NCBI GenBank assembly: GCA_963693365.1
Contig: CAVNZM010000016.1
Location: 2,033,984-2,097,983 of the forward strand
Direction of reading: 5' to 3'
Source of the DNA: Amoebidium appalachense
Lineage: Eukaryota; Protista; Ichthyosporea
DNA: 64,000 nucleotides
The first letter of the stretch is position 1. Every line of letters begins with the position of its first letter. This document shows positions 18,138-34,625 of this stretch, piece by piece. The notes beneath the pieces were generated by a model, which worked only from the letters and a program-made list of their open reading frames with translations, was not told where the DNA came from and did no database searches. A program made the translations under genes and the position numbers.

Positions 18138-20522
18138 CTCGAAAACGAGTTCCCTGTCAGTGTAGCCACACGTGCATGCCGGGGGGGGGCTTCTTGCCAG
18201 CGACCACAAGCCAGTTGACCGTGGCAAAATTTACCGCCTCGGCCAAGCTGCTACCAGCAGCATACCCAAAGTGGTATGCTCCAGGCAAGGTGCAGATGAC
18301 CTCACCGGCGTGCTGAACCGTGCGCTGCACGGGGATGCCCTTCTTCATCAAATAACGGGGGTGGATGAACACAGACTGCCCCACCCAAATGTTAGTCATA
18401 TGAAAACCCGGGTGGTCGTTTTTGTAAGTGCTTTTTTGGTTCTTGTTCTTCACGTCTGTGTCTACCACTTGTTCTTCACGTCTGTGTCTACCACTTGTTC
18501 TTCACGTCTGTATCTACCACTCCCTCTCTCCCTCTTCTTGTTCGTCCTCTGTTACTGTGTGTGTGTGGTCGTTTTTTTTTTATTGTTTTTTTTTTATTGT
18601 TTTTTTTTTTTTTTTTTTTTTGGTGGGGGGCCTACCTTATGCTGTGTGACTTTCTTACAGATACCGGCCCCCGAAAGCTCAAGTCTCTCGTGGATATCCT
18701 CGAGGATAGACGTAACCTGTTCCTCGTACTCTGCACTGATCACGAACCAGATTTTCTCTCCTGGCCCACGGACCATGATGTTGACACTCCCAAGTAGAAG
18801 GTCTTCTGTGTGGAGCACAATCGGACCCCCAGTCGTGACACTGCAAAGAGGCATGGGATTAGTTGGGGCTAAAACAGTAATTACTTCCGACTAGATGTGG
18901 CCCAATACATTCCGAAAAGACCGACCCATACACACACCCAGGATGGTTCTGTGAACATAAGGGGCGTTCTGCAAGCCTGCCTTTTTCCTTTGTTTAATTA
19001 TTTGTTTTTTTTTTTTTTTTTGGGGGGGGGGGGGGGGGCATACTTATAGAGCATCGGTGTTGAGATGCCCACACGATCTTTGAATTCTCTTGATACTATT
19101 GAGTCAAGCGTCTCCAAGCTGAACATGTAGTCGATTTCTTTCTTCACCACCTGTCCCTCCTGTTAGTGCCTTCATGTTCACCATTCAACAACACACAGCA
19201 TGCCTACATATACCCACCACAGTGCATCAACACAACATACACTCTCCGCTGCACACCCACGCACGCACGCATGCCTACACAACATACACCCCACGCACGC
19301 ACGCATCCCTACACAACATACACTCTCCGCACAAACACACGCACGCACGCATCCCTACACAACATACACTCTCCGCACAAACACACGCACGCACGCATCC
19401 CTACACAACATCCACTCTCCGCACAAACACACGCACGCACGCATCCCTACACAACATACACTCTCCGCACAAACACACGCACGCACGCATCCCTACACAA
19501 CATACACTCTCCGCACAAACACACGCACGCACGCATCCCTACACAACATCCACTCTCCGCACAAACACACGCACGCACGCATCCCTACACAACATACACT
19601 CTCCGCACAAACACACGCACGCACGCATCCCTACACAACATACACTCTCCGCACAAACACACGCACGCACGCATCCCTACACACACGCACACATGCCTAC
19701 GCAACATACACTCTCCGCACAAACACACGCACGCACGCATGCACAACATACACTCTCTGCACAAACACACGCACGCACACATGCACAACATACACTCTCC
19801 GCACAAACACACGCACGCACGCATGCACAACATACACTCTCTGCACAAACACACGCACGCACACATGCACAACATACACTCTCCGCACAAACACACGCAC
19901 GCACACATGCACAACATCACTCTCCGCAAAAACACACACAACATACAAATCTTCGCCGCACACATACGTACCTCACTGGGTGTATGGGTGTTTTTAAGAG
20001 GCTTCAGATCTGTTCCGTAAAGGAACATTGATTTTTCACCATCCGATAGGGAGTCCAACAACCTCCAAAACTCCTCCTCCCCCACCGGATCCCCCTGCCC
20101 AATCGTGTTAGCCCCTGTTCATGGTAACCACATCCTAGTGGTTGCAAATACGCACCTCTGGAATTTGCCCTATGATGTCCTCCCTATAAACGAGGAAGAC
20201 ATCCCTGATGGTGGTAGCCTCCACCCAAATCCGGGTGTAGGATTTTCTCACTCGTGTGGCCTGAGCAGCCTTTTTCAGCCCCTGCACTACCGGCTCGGGA
20301 GGCACGAACTTGACGGCACCAGCTGCCCGAAACTCGTGTTCTTTTTCGATTGACAAAACTATCTTCTCCAAGGAGAGCTTTTCTAGATGCATTTGGCGGA
20401 GATGTGCTACGGGTACCTCGTTGAACCCCGCCACCTCCCCAGTCTCAGTGTCTTGTTGTTGCCCCCTGTCCACCTCTCCCGCTTCTTGCTCTGTGTGTGC
20501 GTGCGTGTGTGTGCGTGTGTGT

Positions 20523-20558
<36 letters not shown>

Positions 20559-20645
20559 GCCGAGTGCATACATGCGTGCAGGTGCCTTCCCGTGGTGTGT
20601 GTGTGTGTGTGTGTGTGTCATGCATGCGTGCAGGTGCCTTCCCGT

Positions 20646-20677
<32 letters not shown>

Positions 20678-20703
20678 ATGCATGCGTGCAGGTGCCTTCC
20701 CGT

Positions 20704-20735
<32 letters not shown>

Positions 20736-20761
20736 ATGCATGCGTGCAGGTGCCTTCCCGT

Positions 20762-20793
<32 letters not shown>

Positions 20794-20819
20794 ATGCATG
20801 CGTGCAGGTGCCTTCCCGT

Positions 20820-20851
<32 letters not shown>

Positions 20852-20929
20852 ATGCATGCGTGCAGGTGCCTTCCCGTGGTGTGTGTGTGTGTGTGTGTGT
20901 GTCATGCATGCGTGCAGGTGCCTTCCCGT

Positions 20930-20962
<33 letters not shown>

Positions 20963-21181
20963 GGGGGGGAGCCAGGGGGGGGGGGGGGGTTTAGCCGAGT
21001 GCATACATGCGTGCAGGTGCCTTTCCGTGGTGTGTGTGTGTGTGTGTGTGTGTCATGCATGCGTGCAGGTGCCTCCCGTGGTGTGTGTGTGTGTGTGTGT
21101 GTGTCATGCATGCGTGCAGGTGCCTTCCCGTGGTGTGTGTGTGTGTGTGTGTGTCATGCATGCGTGCAGGTGCCTTCCCGT

Positions 21182-21224
<43 letters not shown>

Positions 21225-22610
21225 GGAGCCGGGGGGGGGGGGGATGGGGGGTGGGATAGGCCTAGGTGCATGCATGCGTGCAGGTGCCTTCCCGTGGTGT
21301 GTGTGTGTGTGGGGGGGGGGGATAAGCCGAGGTGCATGCATGCGTGCAGGTGTGTGATGGCTTCAATGTGTGGGTGATGGTGGTGTAGGTGGTTGGGTAA
21401 TTGGGTGGTTGGTTGTGTGTGTGTGGGGGGGGGGGGGGGGGGGGTTACCTGGCTGGAAATCCCACTCTCCCCCTTCTCCCTCTCCTCTCCACTCTCCCCC
21501 TTCTCCCTCTCCAACCCCCTCTTCCCCTTCTCCCTCTCCTCTCCACTCTCCCCCTTCTCCCTCTCCTCTCCGCTCTCCCCCTTCTCCCTCTCCAACCCAC
21601 TCTCCCCCTTCTCCCTCTCCTCTCCACTCTCCCCCTTCTCCCTCTCCAACCCCCTCTTCCCCTTCTCCCTCTCCTCTCCACTCTCCCCCTTCTCCCTCTC
21701 CCCTCTCCGCTCTCCCCCTTCTCCCTCTCCAACCCACTCTCCCCCTTCTCCCTCTCCTCTCCACTCTCCCCCTTCTCCCTCTCCAACCCCCTCTTCCCCT
21801 TCTCCCTCTCCTCTCCACTCTCCCCCTTCTCCCTCTCCCTCTCCACTCTCCCCCTTCTCCCTCTCCTCTCCACTCTCCCCCTTCTCCCTCTCCAACCCCC
21901 TCTTCCCCTTCTCCCTCTCCTCTCCACTCTCCCCCTTCTCCCTCTCCAACCCCCTCTTCCCCCTCTCCTTCATCATCACTCTTGTGGACCTCCACTTTTG
22001 CCCGCTTTTTCGGGTGGTTAATCGTCGGGGCCGGCAGTTTGACAGCAGGTCTGTCTGGAGGGCTGCGTGCAGCCCCATCCCACCACACTTCCCATCCGAG
22101 CCTTTTGAATATCCAAAAAATTTGTTTCTCCCCCGGCAAAGAACCCGATACTTCAGGTATGTGACTTAAGTCGTGGCTGCCACTGAAAGTGGAAAGTCGA
22201 CTGAGCATCGCCGCCAAACCATCCGAGTTTCCATGATAGCTGCCAAGATCGTAAACTCTCCATTGAGGGCCACCCCATTTCAGAATCCAAGCAATAGTCG
22301 TATTGATACCCTTGTTGTTTTCGAGTTGTTGCAACTGATATTTGTTCCTGTGATACAGACGCCCGTCGTTGAGTTCAAACAAGAAGACCGAAACATGATC
22401 TGAATCGTTGGGTTTCACAGCGTGTAATATTGGTGCCGTCTTCTTTCTTTGATAACGATTAAAACCCTGTCGTGTGAATAGCTCTTCACCCGTAAAAATG
22501 ATTGTAGGATCAGTATGTTTCGAGAATATGAATGTTGGTGGGTTTGCTTGTATGCTACTCTGGAACGCATCATTGATGAGCGCCAGAAACTGTTCGTTGG
22601 TAGCAGCCAT
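18138..22610 (-). CDS. Spliced KDM4-like JmjN/JmjC histone demethylase (one apparent frameshift near the 3' end; last exon uncertain)
   Basis: Phase-compatible GT-AG exons: 22610-21449, 20490-20156, 20094-19972, 19159(or 19150)-19044, 18840-18636 and 18375-18138. Spliced product has GAVKFVPP (JmjN), [13 protein letters not shown]-x10-HTED, SVN, GEKIWF, HK, QHAGE..TLPGAYH.G..AEAVNFA, and CTC after a frameshift at the G-run 18181-18189. Confidence 0.85.
19250..19930. repeat. 46-bp intronic minisatellite
   Basis: catccct recurs at 19304, 19350 and onward; lies in the JmjC intron 19971-19160. Confidence 0.92.
20570..21352. repeat. Intronic minisatellite: catgcatgcgtgcaggtgccttcccgtggt plus variable (GT)n
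   Basis: About 13 copies within the first JmjC intron. Confidence 0.92.
21463..21968. repeat. Coding low-complexity repeat (Gly/Glu-rich: GEGEGGEWR) in JmjC exon 1
   Basis: CT-rich tandem units, in frame on the minus strand. Confidence 0.85.
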
Positions 22611-22704
22611 GTTGTTTGTGTGTATTTTGTGTTTGATTGTGAGCTTTTTTTCGTCTGCGAGCGCGCTTGCTATGTGCTTGTGCCACTGCTGCGCTCGCGC
22701 TCGG

Positions 22705-22761
<57 letters not shown>

Positions 22762-23650
22762 CTGCCTGTGTGCTTGTGCCACTGCTGCGCTCGCGTCTAG
22801 TCTACAATGTGTGTGTTTAAAATGTGTCGGGAAAAACGTGAAGGAAATTCTACGTGTCTGTATTCAAAGAAGAAAAGGCAGCTAAAAGCGCGACGTGCAC
22901 AGACTAACAGGTCTGTGTTCTCGTTCTTTGTTTTGACTCTGGCCTGCTTGCAACGTAAACAGTTTCAGCGCCGGGGTGCAAGTGACACGAACTGAAGTGG
23001 CGCGCTTCAATCATGTCATTGAAATGATAGCTGACCAATCAATAGTTTGTCCTGTTTGCCCAATTGCAAAATGGAATGTGTATTGGGCAATACTCGGCGC
23101 GCGTACGTGATAACTGGCCAATCAGTAAGATCGTTTCACCGACCCGGCTGCCCCTCTGCGTAGCCAAATTTGTGGCTAATTAAGTGTTATAACTTAGCAA
23201 TAAAAATAATATACCCAAAATGATTAATTTATATTTATTATGCAAATATTTGCTTAGAAATTTGTGTGGAAAGCGTTTTCTGAAACCAGTCTACGAAAAG
23301 CCTTTAGGATTTGCAACATCGTATCAAATTGGCTAATCAGATCATGCCATGGCCGACACGCGTTTGCCCTTAGTACCAGTGCCCGATAGCCCCTATCCAA
23401 CAATCACTGAATGATTCGCGTGCATTTGGGAATATTCGCGCCCGTGATAACTGGCTTATCAACTCGGCTGCTAATTATAGTATTACCGCCCTTGCTCCCC
23501 AGGACCCTTCCGCGAAGCAATATATATCGCTAATATGTACCAATAAATACCAAAAGCACCAAAATAAATTGATTATACACTTTCTTAATACAAAAATTAT
23601 GTGTGGAAAGCGTTTTGTGAATCCGGCATCTGAAGAGCCGATGGGGCACT

Positions 23651-23979
23651 TGGCCAATCAGATTATGACATGCGCTGCCTGGAGTGCCAGTGCCCTATCA
23701 CGTGGATCCAACTGTTATACACCAATCAGAGCACGGAGAAGTCCGCGAATGAGATGGCCAATCAGATTATGAAATTCGCTGCCTGGAGTGCCAGTGCCCT
23801 ATCACTGACGTGGATCCAACTGTTATACACCAATCAGAGCACAAAGAAGTCCGCGAATGAGATGACCATTGGACAATCAGATTATGAAATTCGCTGCCTG
23901 GAGTGCCAGTGCCCGATCACTGACGTGGATCCAACAATCAGAGCACCAAGAAGTCCGCGAATGAGATGCTATTGGATAT

Positions 23980-24034
<55 letters not shown>

Positions 24035-24302
24035 GTGTGTGCGTGTGTGTGTGCGTGTGTGTGTGAGCTGTGTGTGCAAAAAGAGGGGAAATAAGCGCTG
24101 CATACAAAAGCCCCGAAGTGGAGTATACGACAAACCCAGCGCCCAAGCTTCATACCCAAAGTGGATACAATAAAAAGACAGTTGCTGTGTGTGCAAAGCT
24201 GTGTGTGCAAAAAGAGGGGAAATAAGCGCTGCATACAAAAGCCCCGAAGTGGAGTATACGACAAACCCAGCGCCAGCGCTTCATACCCAAAGTGGATACA
24301 AT
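23651..24302. repeat. Local duplications (~110-120-bp unit x3 at 23651-23967; ~130-bp unit x2 at 24067-24302)
   Basis: aatcagattatga...cgctgcctggagtgccagtgcc occurs three times; gctgtgtgtgcaaaaagagggg occurs twice. Confidence 0.85.
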
Positions 24303-24705
24303 ATTTTACATCTCATGCACTACAAGGCTTGGCAAAGCTTGGTCCTCGGTCCTCAGTCCTCAATGGATCCCCTTATAAGAACATTTTGCTTCTAAAAATC
24401 ATCGGTGATGGCCTTTTTGATCAGTTCACAGCCGCGTTTGCACATGAATGAATTTTGCTTTATTTTGGCTTTGTGTAAGAGGTTTTTTTCAGTTCACGGT
24501 GTGTTTGCACGCGATAGAATTTTCGTTTGCTTTGCTTTTTGTAAATAATTCAGTGACGACTTTTTTTGTTCGTATCTCTATTTCAGTGACGACTTTTTTT
24601 TGTTCGTATCTTTTTTTTTTTGGGAAGAAGTGTCTGACTCTGACCTCCACGTTTTTCTAGGTAGTCTTTTCTATTTCACATTCCCCTCTTTTGAATTTGT
24701 GAACC

Positions 24706-26140
24706 ATGGATAGCGCCTCGCAAATGGTCGGGCAAAGCACAAACCCCGCCGACCCCACCGACCCCAAAAAGGGCACCCCCACAAACCCCGCCGACCCCAC
24801 CGACCCCAAAAAGGGCACCCCCACCGACCCCACCGACCCCACCGACAAAAAGGGCACCCCCGCCGACCCCGCCGACCCCACCGACAAAAAGGGCACCCCC
24901 GCCGACCCCGCTGACCCCACCGACAAAAAGGGCACCCCCCCGCCGACCCCGCCGACCCCACCGACAAAAAGGGCACCCCCGCCGACCCCACCGACCCCAC
25001 CGACAAAAAGGGCACCCCCGCCGACCCCGCCGACCCCACCGACAAAAAGGGCACCCCCGCCGACCCCGCCGACCCCACCGACAAAAAGGGCACCCCCGCC
25101 GACCCCACCGACAAGGACGTTTCTTCGGCTCCCATCGACCATAGACTTATGGAAGCACTACAGGCAGAAATGACATTGCAACTTAGTCAGGCTTTAGCCT
25201 CACTTGGCGTGACATCTGTGCCTGCTACACCCACCACCGCCGCCACCACCACCTTACTCGAATACAAAGAGAAATATGAAAATGCGGAGAAAGCGTTGCA
25301 AACGGTGAAAGATGAAAACAAACGGTTGACAGAAACGATTAGAGAGGTCAAAGAAGCAGCAGTCAAAGATAAATATACTGCTTCTGCAACGAACAACCTG
25401 TTGGCTGAGAGGGTTCAGGAACTCGAAGCTCGGCTCATTAGTGAGACGGCCGAAAAGTTATCCTTGCAGGATGAGGTGGCCTGGCAGAAGGAGGAAAATG
25501 CAAAAGTCGAGTCAGAGATGGCAGACCTGCAGAAAACCTATCGAAAGACAGTCAAGGAGAGCACACAAAAACTGCTTTTGGGCCTGAAACGCTCCCCCCA
25601 TACATCCGACGTGGAGATACTCCCTCCCCCCCCCCTCTAGCGCTACCCAATCCGGTCGTTCATCCGTTGCCCGCCCCCACCAACGTCCTATTCAGAGTGC
25701 CCCCGCTCGCATAGACCCCATGATGTCCAATCCCCACACACAAACATCCGACGTCGAGGAGATACTCCCCCCCCCCCCCTCTAGCGCTACCCAATCCGGT
25801 CGTTCATCCGTTGCCCGCCCCCACCAACGTCCTATTCAGAGTGCCCCCGCTCGCACAGACCCCATGATGTCCAGTCCCCACACAAAAACCGGGCTCGGGC
25901 TGAAGAGGGGGGCGGATTCAGGTGGGAATGTGCCCAAACGGTTCCGGGGGCGGAGAGAGAGAAAGGCCCAAGGAATCAATAGATAAGATTCTCGACGAAG
26001 CAGCCAGAGAGGAGGATGAGAAGAAGCGGAAAGAAAGCAGTCGTGCAGGGCAGGGCAAGAAAGAAAGACCATCGGGCAAGAAAACGGTGCTCCGCACACG
26101 GAGGCCTGTGACTTCCAGTGACGATGACCATTCGGTCTGA
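24706..26140 (+). CDS. Repeat-rich coiled-coil protein; probably one ORF broken by frameshifts at C homopolymers
   Basis: TPADPTDPTDKKG repeats run into ...ADPTDKDVSSAPIDHRLMEALQ and a coiled coil (25149-25640). Frame changes fall on poly-C runs (about 24935, 25630, 25770). Internal duplication at about 25600-25880. Confidence 0.5.
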
Positions 26141-26192
26141 AAGACTTTGTGTGTGTTTTTTTTGTTTTGTTTTTTTTTTGTTTTTTTTTTGT

Positions 26193-26221
<29 letters not shown>

Positions 26222-26224
<3 letters not shown>

Positions 26225-26320
26225 CTTCGACTATGTTACATGGCAGAGCCTAAGACGTTGGAGTGATGCCGTGTGAAATGTGGAAAAATATAGACTTGGC
26301 TATGAAACACGGAAAGCATT

Positions 26321-26358
<38 letters not shown>

Positions 26359-26546
26359 GGGGGGGGGGGGGGCTTCGACTATGTTACATGGCAGAGCCTA
26401 GGACGTGGGAGTGATGCCGTGTGAAATCTGGAAAAATATAGACTTGAAAGCATTGTTTTTTTTTTTGGTTTTTGTTTTTGTTTTTTTTTGTTTTTTTTTG
26501 GGGGGGGGGGGGGGGGGGCTTCGACTATGTTACATGGCAGAGCCTA
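26222..26546. repeat. Three copies of ggcttcgactatgttacatggcagagccta with poly-T/poly-G spacers
   Basis: Copies near 26223, 26371 and 26517. Confidence 0.85.
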
Positions 26547-26678
26547 CGGTTTCTGTATAATGTATAGGTAGAAGTTTTGGGATTTCTTTTTACAATCGGT
26601 TGGAGATGGATTTTATAAAAAGAAATCCAGTGTTATCTGAATCTGTGCTTACCCCACATGCTTGTATACACAGACGTG

Positions 26679-27990
26679 ATGCACGTCTAAGTCCTTCACA
26701 CACTCAAAGAGTCCCACCACCCACATGCACTAGCACTATTTCTCTCTTCCTGCTCTGTATCCCCCCTCCCCCCTTCATGCATGCACGTCTAAGTCCTTCA
26801 ATCCCCATGCCATGCACACACTCAAAGAGTCCCCCACCACCCACATGCACTAGCACCATTTCTCTCTTCCTGCTCTATATCCCCCCCCACCCCCCCCCCC
26901 CTCCCCTTCCCCCTTCATGCATGCACGTCTAAGTCCTTCAATCCCATGCCATGCACACACTCAAAGAGTCCCCCACCACCCACATGCACTAGCACCATTT
27001 CTCTCTTCCTGCTCTATATCCCCCCCCCCCCCCCCCCCCCCCCCCCTCCCCTCCCCCCTTCATGCATGCACGTCTAAGTCCTTCAATCCCCATGCCATGC
27101 ACACACTCAAAGAGTCCCCCACCACCCACATGCACTAGCACCATTTCTCTCTTCCTGCTCTATATCCCCCCCCCCCACCCCCCCCCCCCCCTTCCCCCTT
27201 CATGCATGCACGTCTAAGTCCTTCAATCCCCATGCCATGCACACACTCAAAGAGTCCCCCACCACCCACATGCACTAGCACCATTTCTCTCTTCCTGCTC
27301 TATATCCCCCCCCCCCACCCCCCCTCCTCCCCTCCCCCCTTCATGCATGCACGTCTAAGTCCTTCAATCCCCATGCCATGCACACATTCAAAGAGTCCCC
27401 CACCACCCACATGCACTAGCACCATTTCTCTCTTCCTGCTCTATATCCCCCCCCCCCTCCCCTCCCCCCTTCATGCATGCACGTCTAAGTCCTTCAATCC
27501 CCATGCCATGCATGCATTCAAAGAGTCCCCCACCACCCACATGCACTAGCACCATTTCTCTCTTCCTGCTCTATATCCCCCCCCCCCCTCCCCTCCCCCC
27601 CTTCATGCATGCACGTCTAAGTCCTTCAATCCCCATGCCATGCATGCATTCAAAGAGTCCCCCACCACCCACATGCACTAGCACCATTTCTCTCTTCCTG
27701 CTCTATATCCCCCCCCCCCACCCCCCCCTCCCCTCCCCCCTTCATGCATGCACGTCTAAGTCCTTCAATCCCCATGCCATGCATGCATTCAAAGAGTCCC
27801 CCACCACCCACATGCACTAGCACCATTTCTCTCTTCCTGCTCTATATCCCCCCCCCCCACCCCCCCCCCCTCCCCTCCCCCCTTCATGCATGCACGTCTA
27901 AGTCCTTCAATCCCCATGCCATGCATGCATTCAAAGAGTCCCCCACCACCCACATGCACTAGCACCATTTCTCTCTTCCTGCTCTGTATT
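26679..27990. repeat. ~130-145-bp minisatellite, 10 copies
   Basis: atgcacgtctaagtcc recurs ten times; length variation comes mostly from poly-C runs. Confidence 0.95.
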
Positions 27991-28140
27991 CCCTGCATGC
28001 ACTAGCAGTGTTACTCGTTCATCCCAGCCCGGGCCAATGGTATGCAAAGTAACTGTATCGGCCGTGCAGCGCTGTCGTTGTGTGTTTATTTTCGTGTTTT
28101 CGGGTCGGTGCACGTGTGGTGTGGAGTACCATGTTTATTG

Positions 28141-28358
28141 CTTTTTGTATCAGCGCTGGCGTGTACTCCACTTTTGTATCAGCGCTGGCGCTGTGATTGT
28201 CGTGTACTCCACTTTTGTATCAGCGCTGGCGGTACTCCACTTTTGTATCAGCGCTGGCGTGTACTCCACTTTTGTATCAGCGCTGGCGCTGTGATTGTCG
28301 TGTACTCCACTTTTGTATCAGCGCTGGCGCTGTGATTGTCGTGTACTCCACTTTTGTA
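28141..28358. repeat. 30-41-bp tandem repeat (gtactccacttttgtatcagcgctggcg)
   Basis: About 6-7 copies visible. Confidence 0.9.
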
Positions 28359-28377
28359 GCGCGGTGTGTTAATTGAA

Positions 28378-28698
28378 TTAAAAGTCCGAGTGACTTGTTT
28401 GTCTCAGAGTGGTGTCGTACTCCGCAGCACCCGTCTTCTTATTGAAATAGTATATGACTGCATACACCAATGGTGTAACCAATAAACATGTGAGGACAAT
28501 AGCAGCGCTGACGTACACCAGATACATTTTGTTCACTTTCTCTCTAGCATTCGGTTCGGACTTCATTAAATTGTACCAGTGTATATTTGCAACGACACTG
28601 CATATAGATATCACATAAAGAATGCCTGTGGTGACCGTGCTGTCGAACATGTACGTGTACCTCACAAAACTTTCAGTATCCGACGTGTTACACCCCAA
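28378..28698 (-). CDS. Small two-helix membrane protein (start uncertain)
   Basis: Two hydrophobic segments (GILYVISICSVVA and YLVYVSAAIVLTCLLVTPLVYAVIYY). Confidence 0.4.
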   Translation of the reverse strand: MGCNTSDTESFVRYTYMFDSTVTTGILYVISICSVVANIHWYNLMKSEPNAREKVNKMYLVYVSAAIVLTCLLVTPLVYAVIYYFNKKTGAAEYDTTLRQTSHSDF

Positions 28699-28954
28699 AA
28701 GTGACCTCTCTGAGATCTTGCCTGTGGTACAAACTCTTGATGCCGTGTTGCTCTTGTGTTTTACCAGTACCCCTCTCTCCAGATGCCGAATTTAGATTGG
28801 AATTCGTGAATACACCCATGTGATTGGTCAGTGGTTTGGCACCAAGAGATTGATTGATATGCCATCAACCAGTCAACAAAAAGTACTCGCTTTTACTTTT
28901 TGTCTCGCTTCACCCCAATCCAAGAACAATGCACACCAAAACAAAACACTAGAA

Positions 28955-29437
28955 ATGGGAGACGCACTTTTGCGCCCCGATTCGGTTGACCCCGAACGAT
29001 GCCCTGCATTTGCACCCTCAAAAAAAGCCCAGTGCAAAAACAAAAAGAAAACATGCCCACACCACAAGGACGGCTTCAAGCCCTGGGTATGCTTTGCCCC
29101 TGCCACCGGTGTCCTCCTCTACAGCGACAACACCATCAACATCCTCCACCCCCACAAGGCCGGGGACTATGCTCATGCAAACCTCCTGCTGGACGACCTC
29201 CTGGCCGCCTTTACAGTCGCAGAAATGCAGCGCCCTCGCACCGAGCGCACCGGGGTACCCGCGCTGACTGTGTCCACTCCGGATCCACCCATGGGTGCAC
29301 CACAGCCACCGGTTGCAGCTGCAGCGGTGGGTGTGGGCAGGGAAAATGGGTACTGCCAGGGCAAAACCAAGGCTGGCAATCCCTGCAAAAACAGGGTGAA
29401 ATCTACGACCCATTGCCATAAGCACAAGCCCAAATAA
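28955..29437 (+). CDS. Protein with two C3H zinc-binding modules (DUF5763-like)
   Basis: CPAFAPSKKAQCKN...CPHH and CQGKTKAGNPCKNRVK...CHKH; AATAAA overlaps the stop. Confidence 0.6.
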   Translation: MGDALLRPDSVDPERCPAFAPSKKAQCKNKKKTCPHHKDGFKPWVCFAPATGVLLYSDNTINILHPHKAGDYAHANLLLDDLLAAFTVAEMQRPRTERTGVPALTVSTPDPPMGAPQPPVAAAAVGVGRENGYCQGKTKAGNPCKNRVKSTTHCHKHKPK

Positions 29438-30927
29438 AAAAACCACCCACACACCCCCACGTGCCAACATACACTATCCTCCCCGTGAGTGGCATGCCAG
29501 TCCCCCCAGCCCCCCAGCCCCCCTGCCCCCCTGCCCCCCTGCCCCCCTGCCCCCCTGCCCCCCTGCCTGCCGGAACCAGGCCCCCCAGTGGTGGCATTCC
29601 AACACGTGCATGCTAGAAGATCGTGCTACATGAACAAATGGTCTTAACTCAGCCATACATGGGGGATAGATAGTATCACACAACCATGGTTCCCCCACTC
29701 TCCCCAGCCTCCTGTGCACGTGTGCCTCCCCTGCACGTGTGCCCCCCCTCCTGCCGGAACCACGGCCCCCAGTGGTGGCAGTGAGTGTCCCCCCTGCCTC
29801 CCCTGCACGTGTGCCCCCCCTGCCTCCCCTGCACGTGTGCCCCCCCTGCCTCCCCTGCCTCCCGGAACCACGCCCCGGCGCAGTGGCAGCTATTTTTAGA
29901 TATAGAGATTCCATGGCCACATGGCCAGATGGCCAGATCATTTTGCTCACCGTTTTATCCCGTTTTATCCACCTTTTTCCACACACTGAATTTGACCTGG
30001 CCATCTGGCCATCTGGGTAGAGACCGTTTTCTGTTCTGATATTGGAGAACTGTCTGATAGTGATAGCAAATGTCATTCGAAGAACAATCGGGAAACCCCG
30101 TGGTGTGACAACCAATCAGAATGAAGCAATAGCGCACCGAAGCTTTCGGCTCATCACATCACAGGTGAAAGGAGCAATTTATATGTCAATGAATGTAACT
30201 ACAGCTCGCGATTTATCATAAACCCTTTCTTATCATGCTATTTCTTTATACTGTATGTTTATTGTTTATGTACGTATATGCATATATATAAGTATATCGA
30301 TATTTTCGAGGCGAACAGTGACGCTATGCCAGCGGGCCCGATTAAACTATTCTAGTGCATGACATTTACCCAATAACATTGCAACAAAATACTTTAAAAT
30401 CTTAAAGGCCAGTCAAAGAGTGCACTCTTGATCAAGGACGTGCGCACCGTGTCACCGTGAGCGTGTCAGTTGTTTCGCATTTCGTCACTTTCGCGCGGGG
30501 CTGATGATCTTTTGAATTTTTTTGAACGTTGAAATTTTTTTTTCTACTTACTACTGTTAGTTATCCCAAGGCTTTCAAGGAAGACCTCGTAAGAGACTTT
30601 CAAGCGGGACTTTGGGGTATACAATCAGGGGGTTTTTTTCCCCGGAGGAGGGTTGTGTAGCATCCCTCTACGGGCATCTGTTTCTCACAGTAGTTTCCCT
30701 TCACACGGTTGTCTAAGCAACGAGACATAGCTTGGGGCTCGCCAACAGTTTTTAAAGACAACCGGTCAGCCTAGCTATCGGCAACGTTTATTTATAAAAG
30801 CATTTCCCCGGAGTCATGCATGTATAAGCTGGACTTTTGACGCTCGCCGTCTCATCATTTTTCCTTTGTTTTTGTGGGTGTGTCTTTTCCGTTTTGACAC
30901 CTCGGGATAATCATCCCACCGTTTCGC

Positions 30928-34228
<3,301 letters not shown>

Positions 34229-34585
34229 TCGTTGGCCTATTTTTAGACACGTATGGATTGTGGGCCGTGTGCTCGCGTGCATGCAATGGGTGAGCGGGTG
34301 TTTCCGCGGCCAGTTTTGAGATGTTTTGCATGTTCTTCGGTTCTTTAGTGTTTGTTGTACTTGTATTGGGAATTGTTTCGTTCTTATCTGGTATGTTTGT
34401 TTGTTTGTTTGTTTGTTTGCCTGTTCTCTCTCTTCGTCAATGCTGTAAGACTATGTATGTTGTAGCAGTAGGATGAAACTGATGTCTAGAAATAGCCTCG
34501 AGACGTCATTGTTCTATCCCTATTTCTAGCCCTTGCGTTTTACCCTCTCTACTGCTCTATCATTGCCTTTTCTTCGTTCCTTCCT

Positions 34586-34625
<40 letters not shown>

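Noticed and set aside
18895-18970. Possible extra JmjC exon after the acceptor-like ttgcag at about 18970
   Set aside because: Skipping it gives exact KDM4 spacing between TPxLY and HTED; including it disrupts the domain.
20570-21352. CRISPR-like pattern of a constant ~30-bp repeat with variable spacers
   Set aside because: Spacers are only (GT)n of varying length, the array is inside a spliceosomal intron, and there are no cas genes.
30300-30425. Helitron-like end (hairpin plus CTAG) and Kolobok-like TTAAAGG start
   Set aside because: No matching opposite terminus or transposase found in the window.
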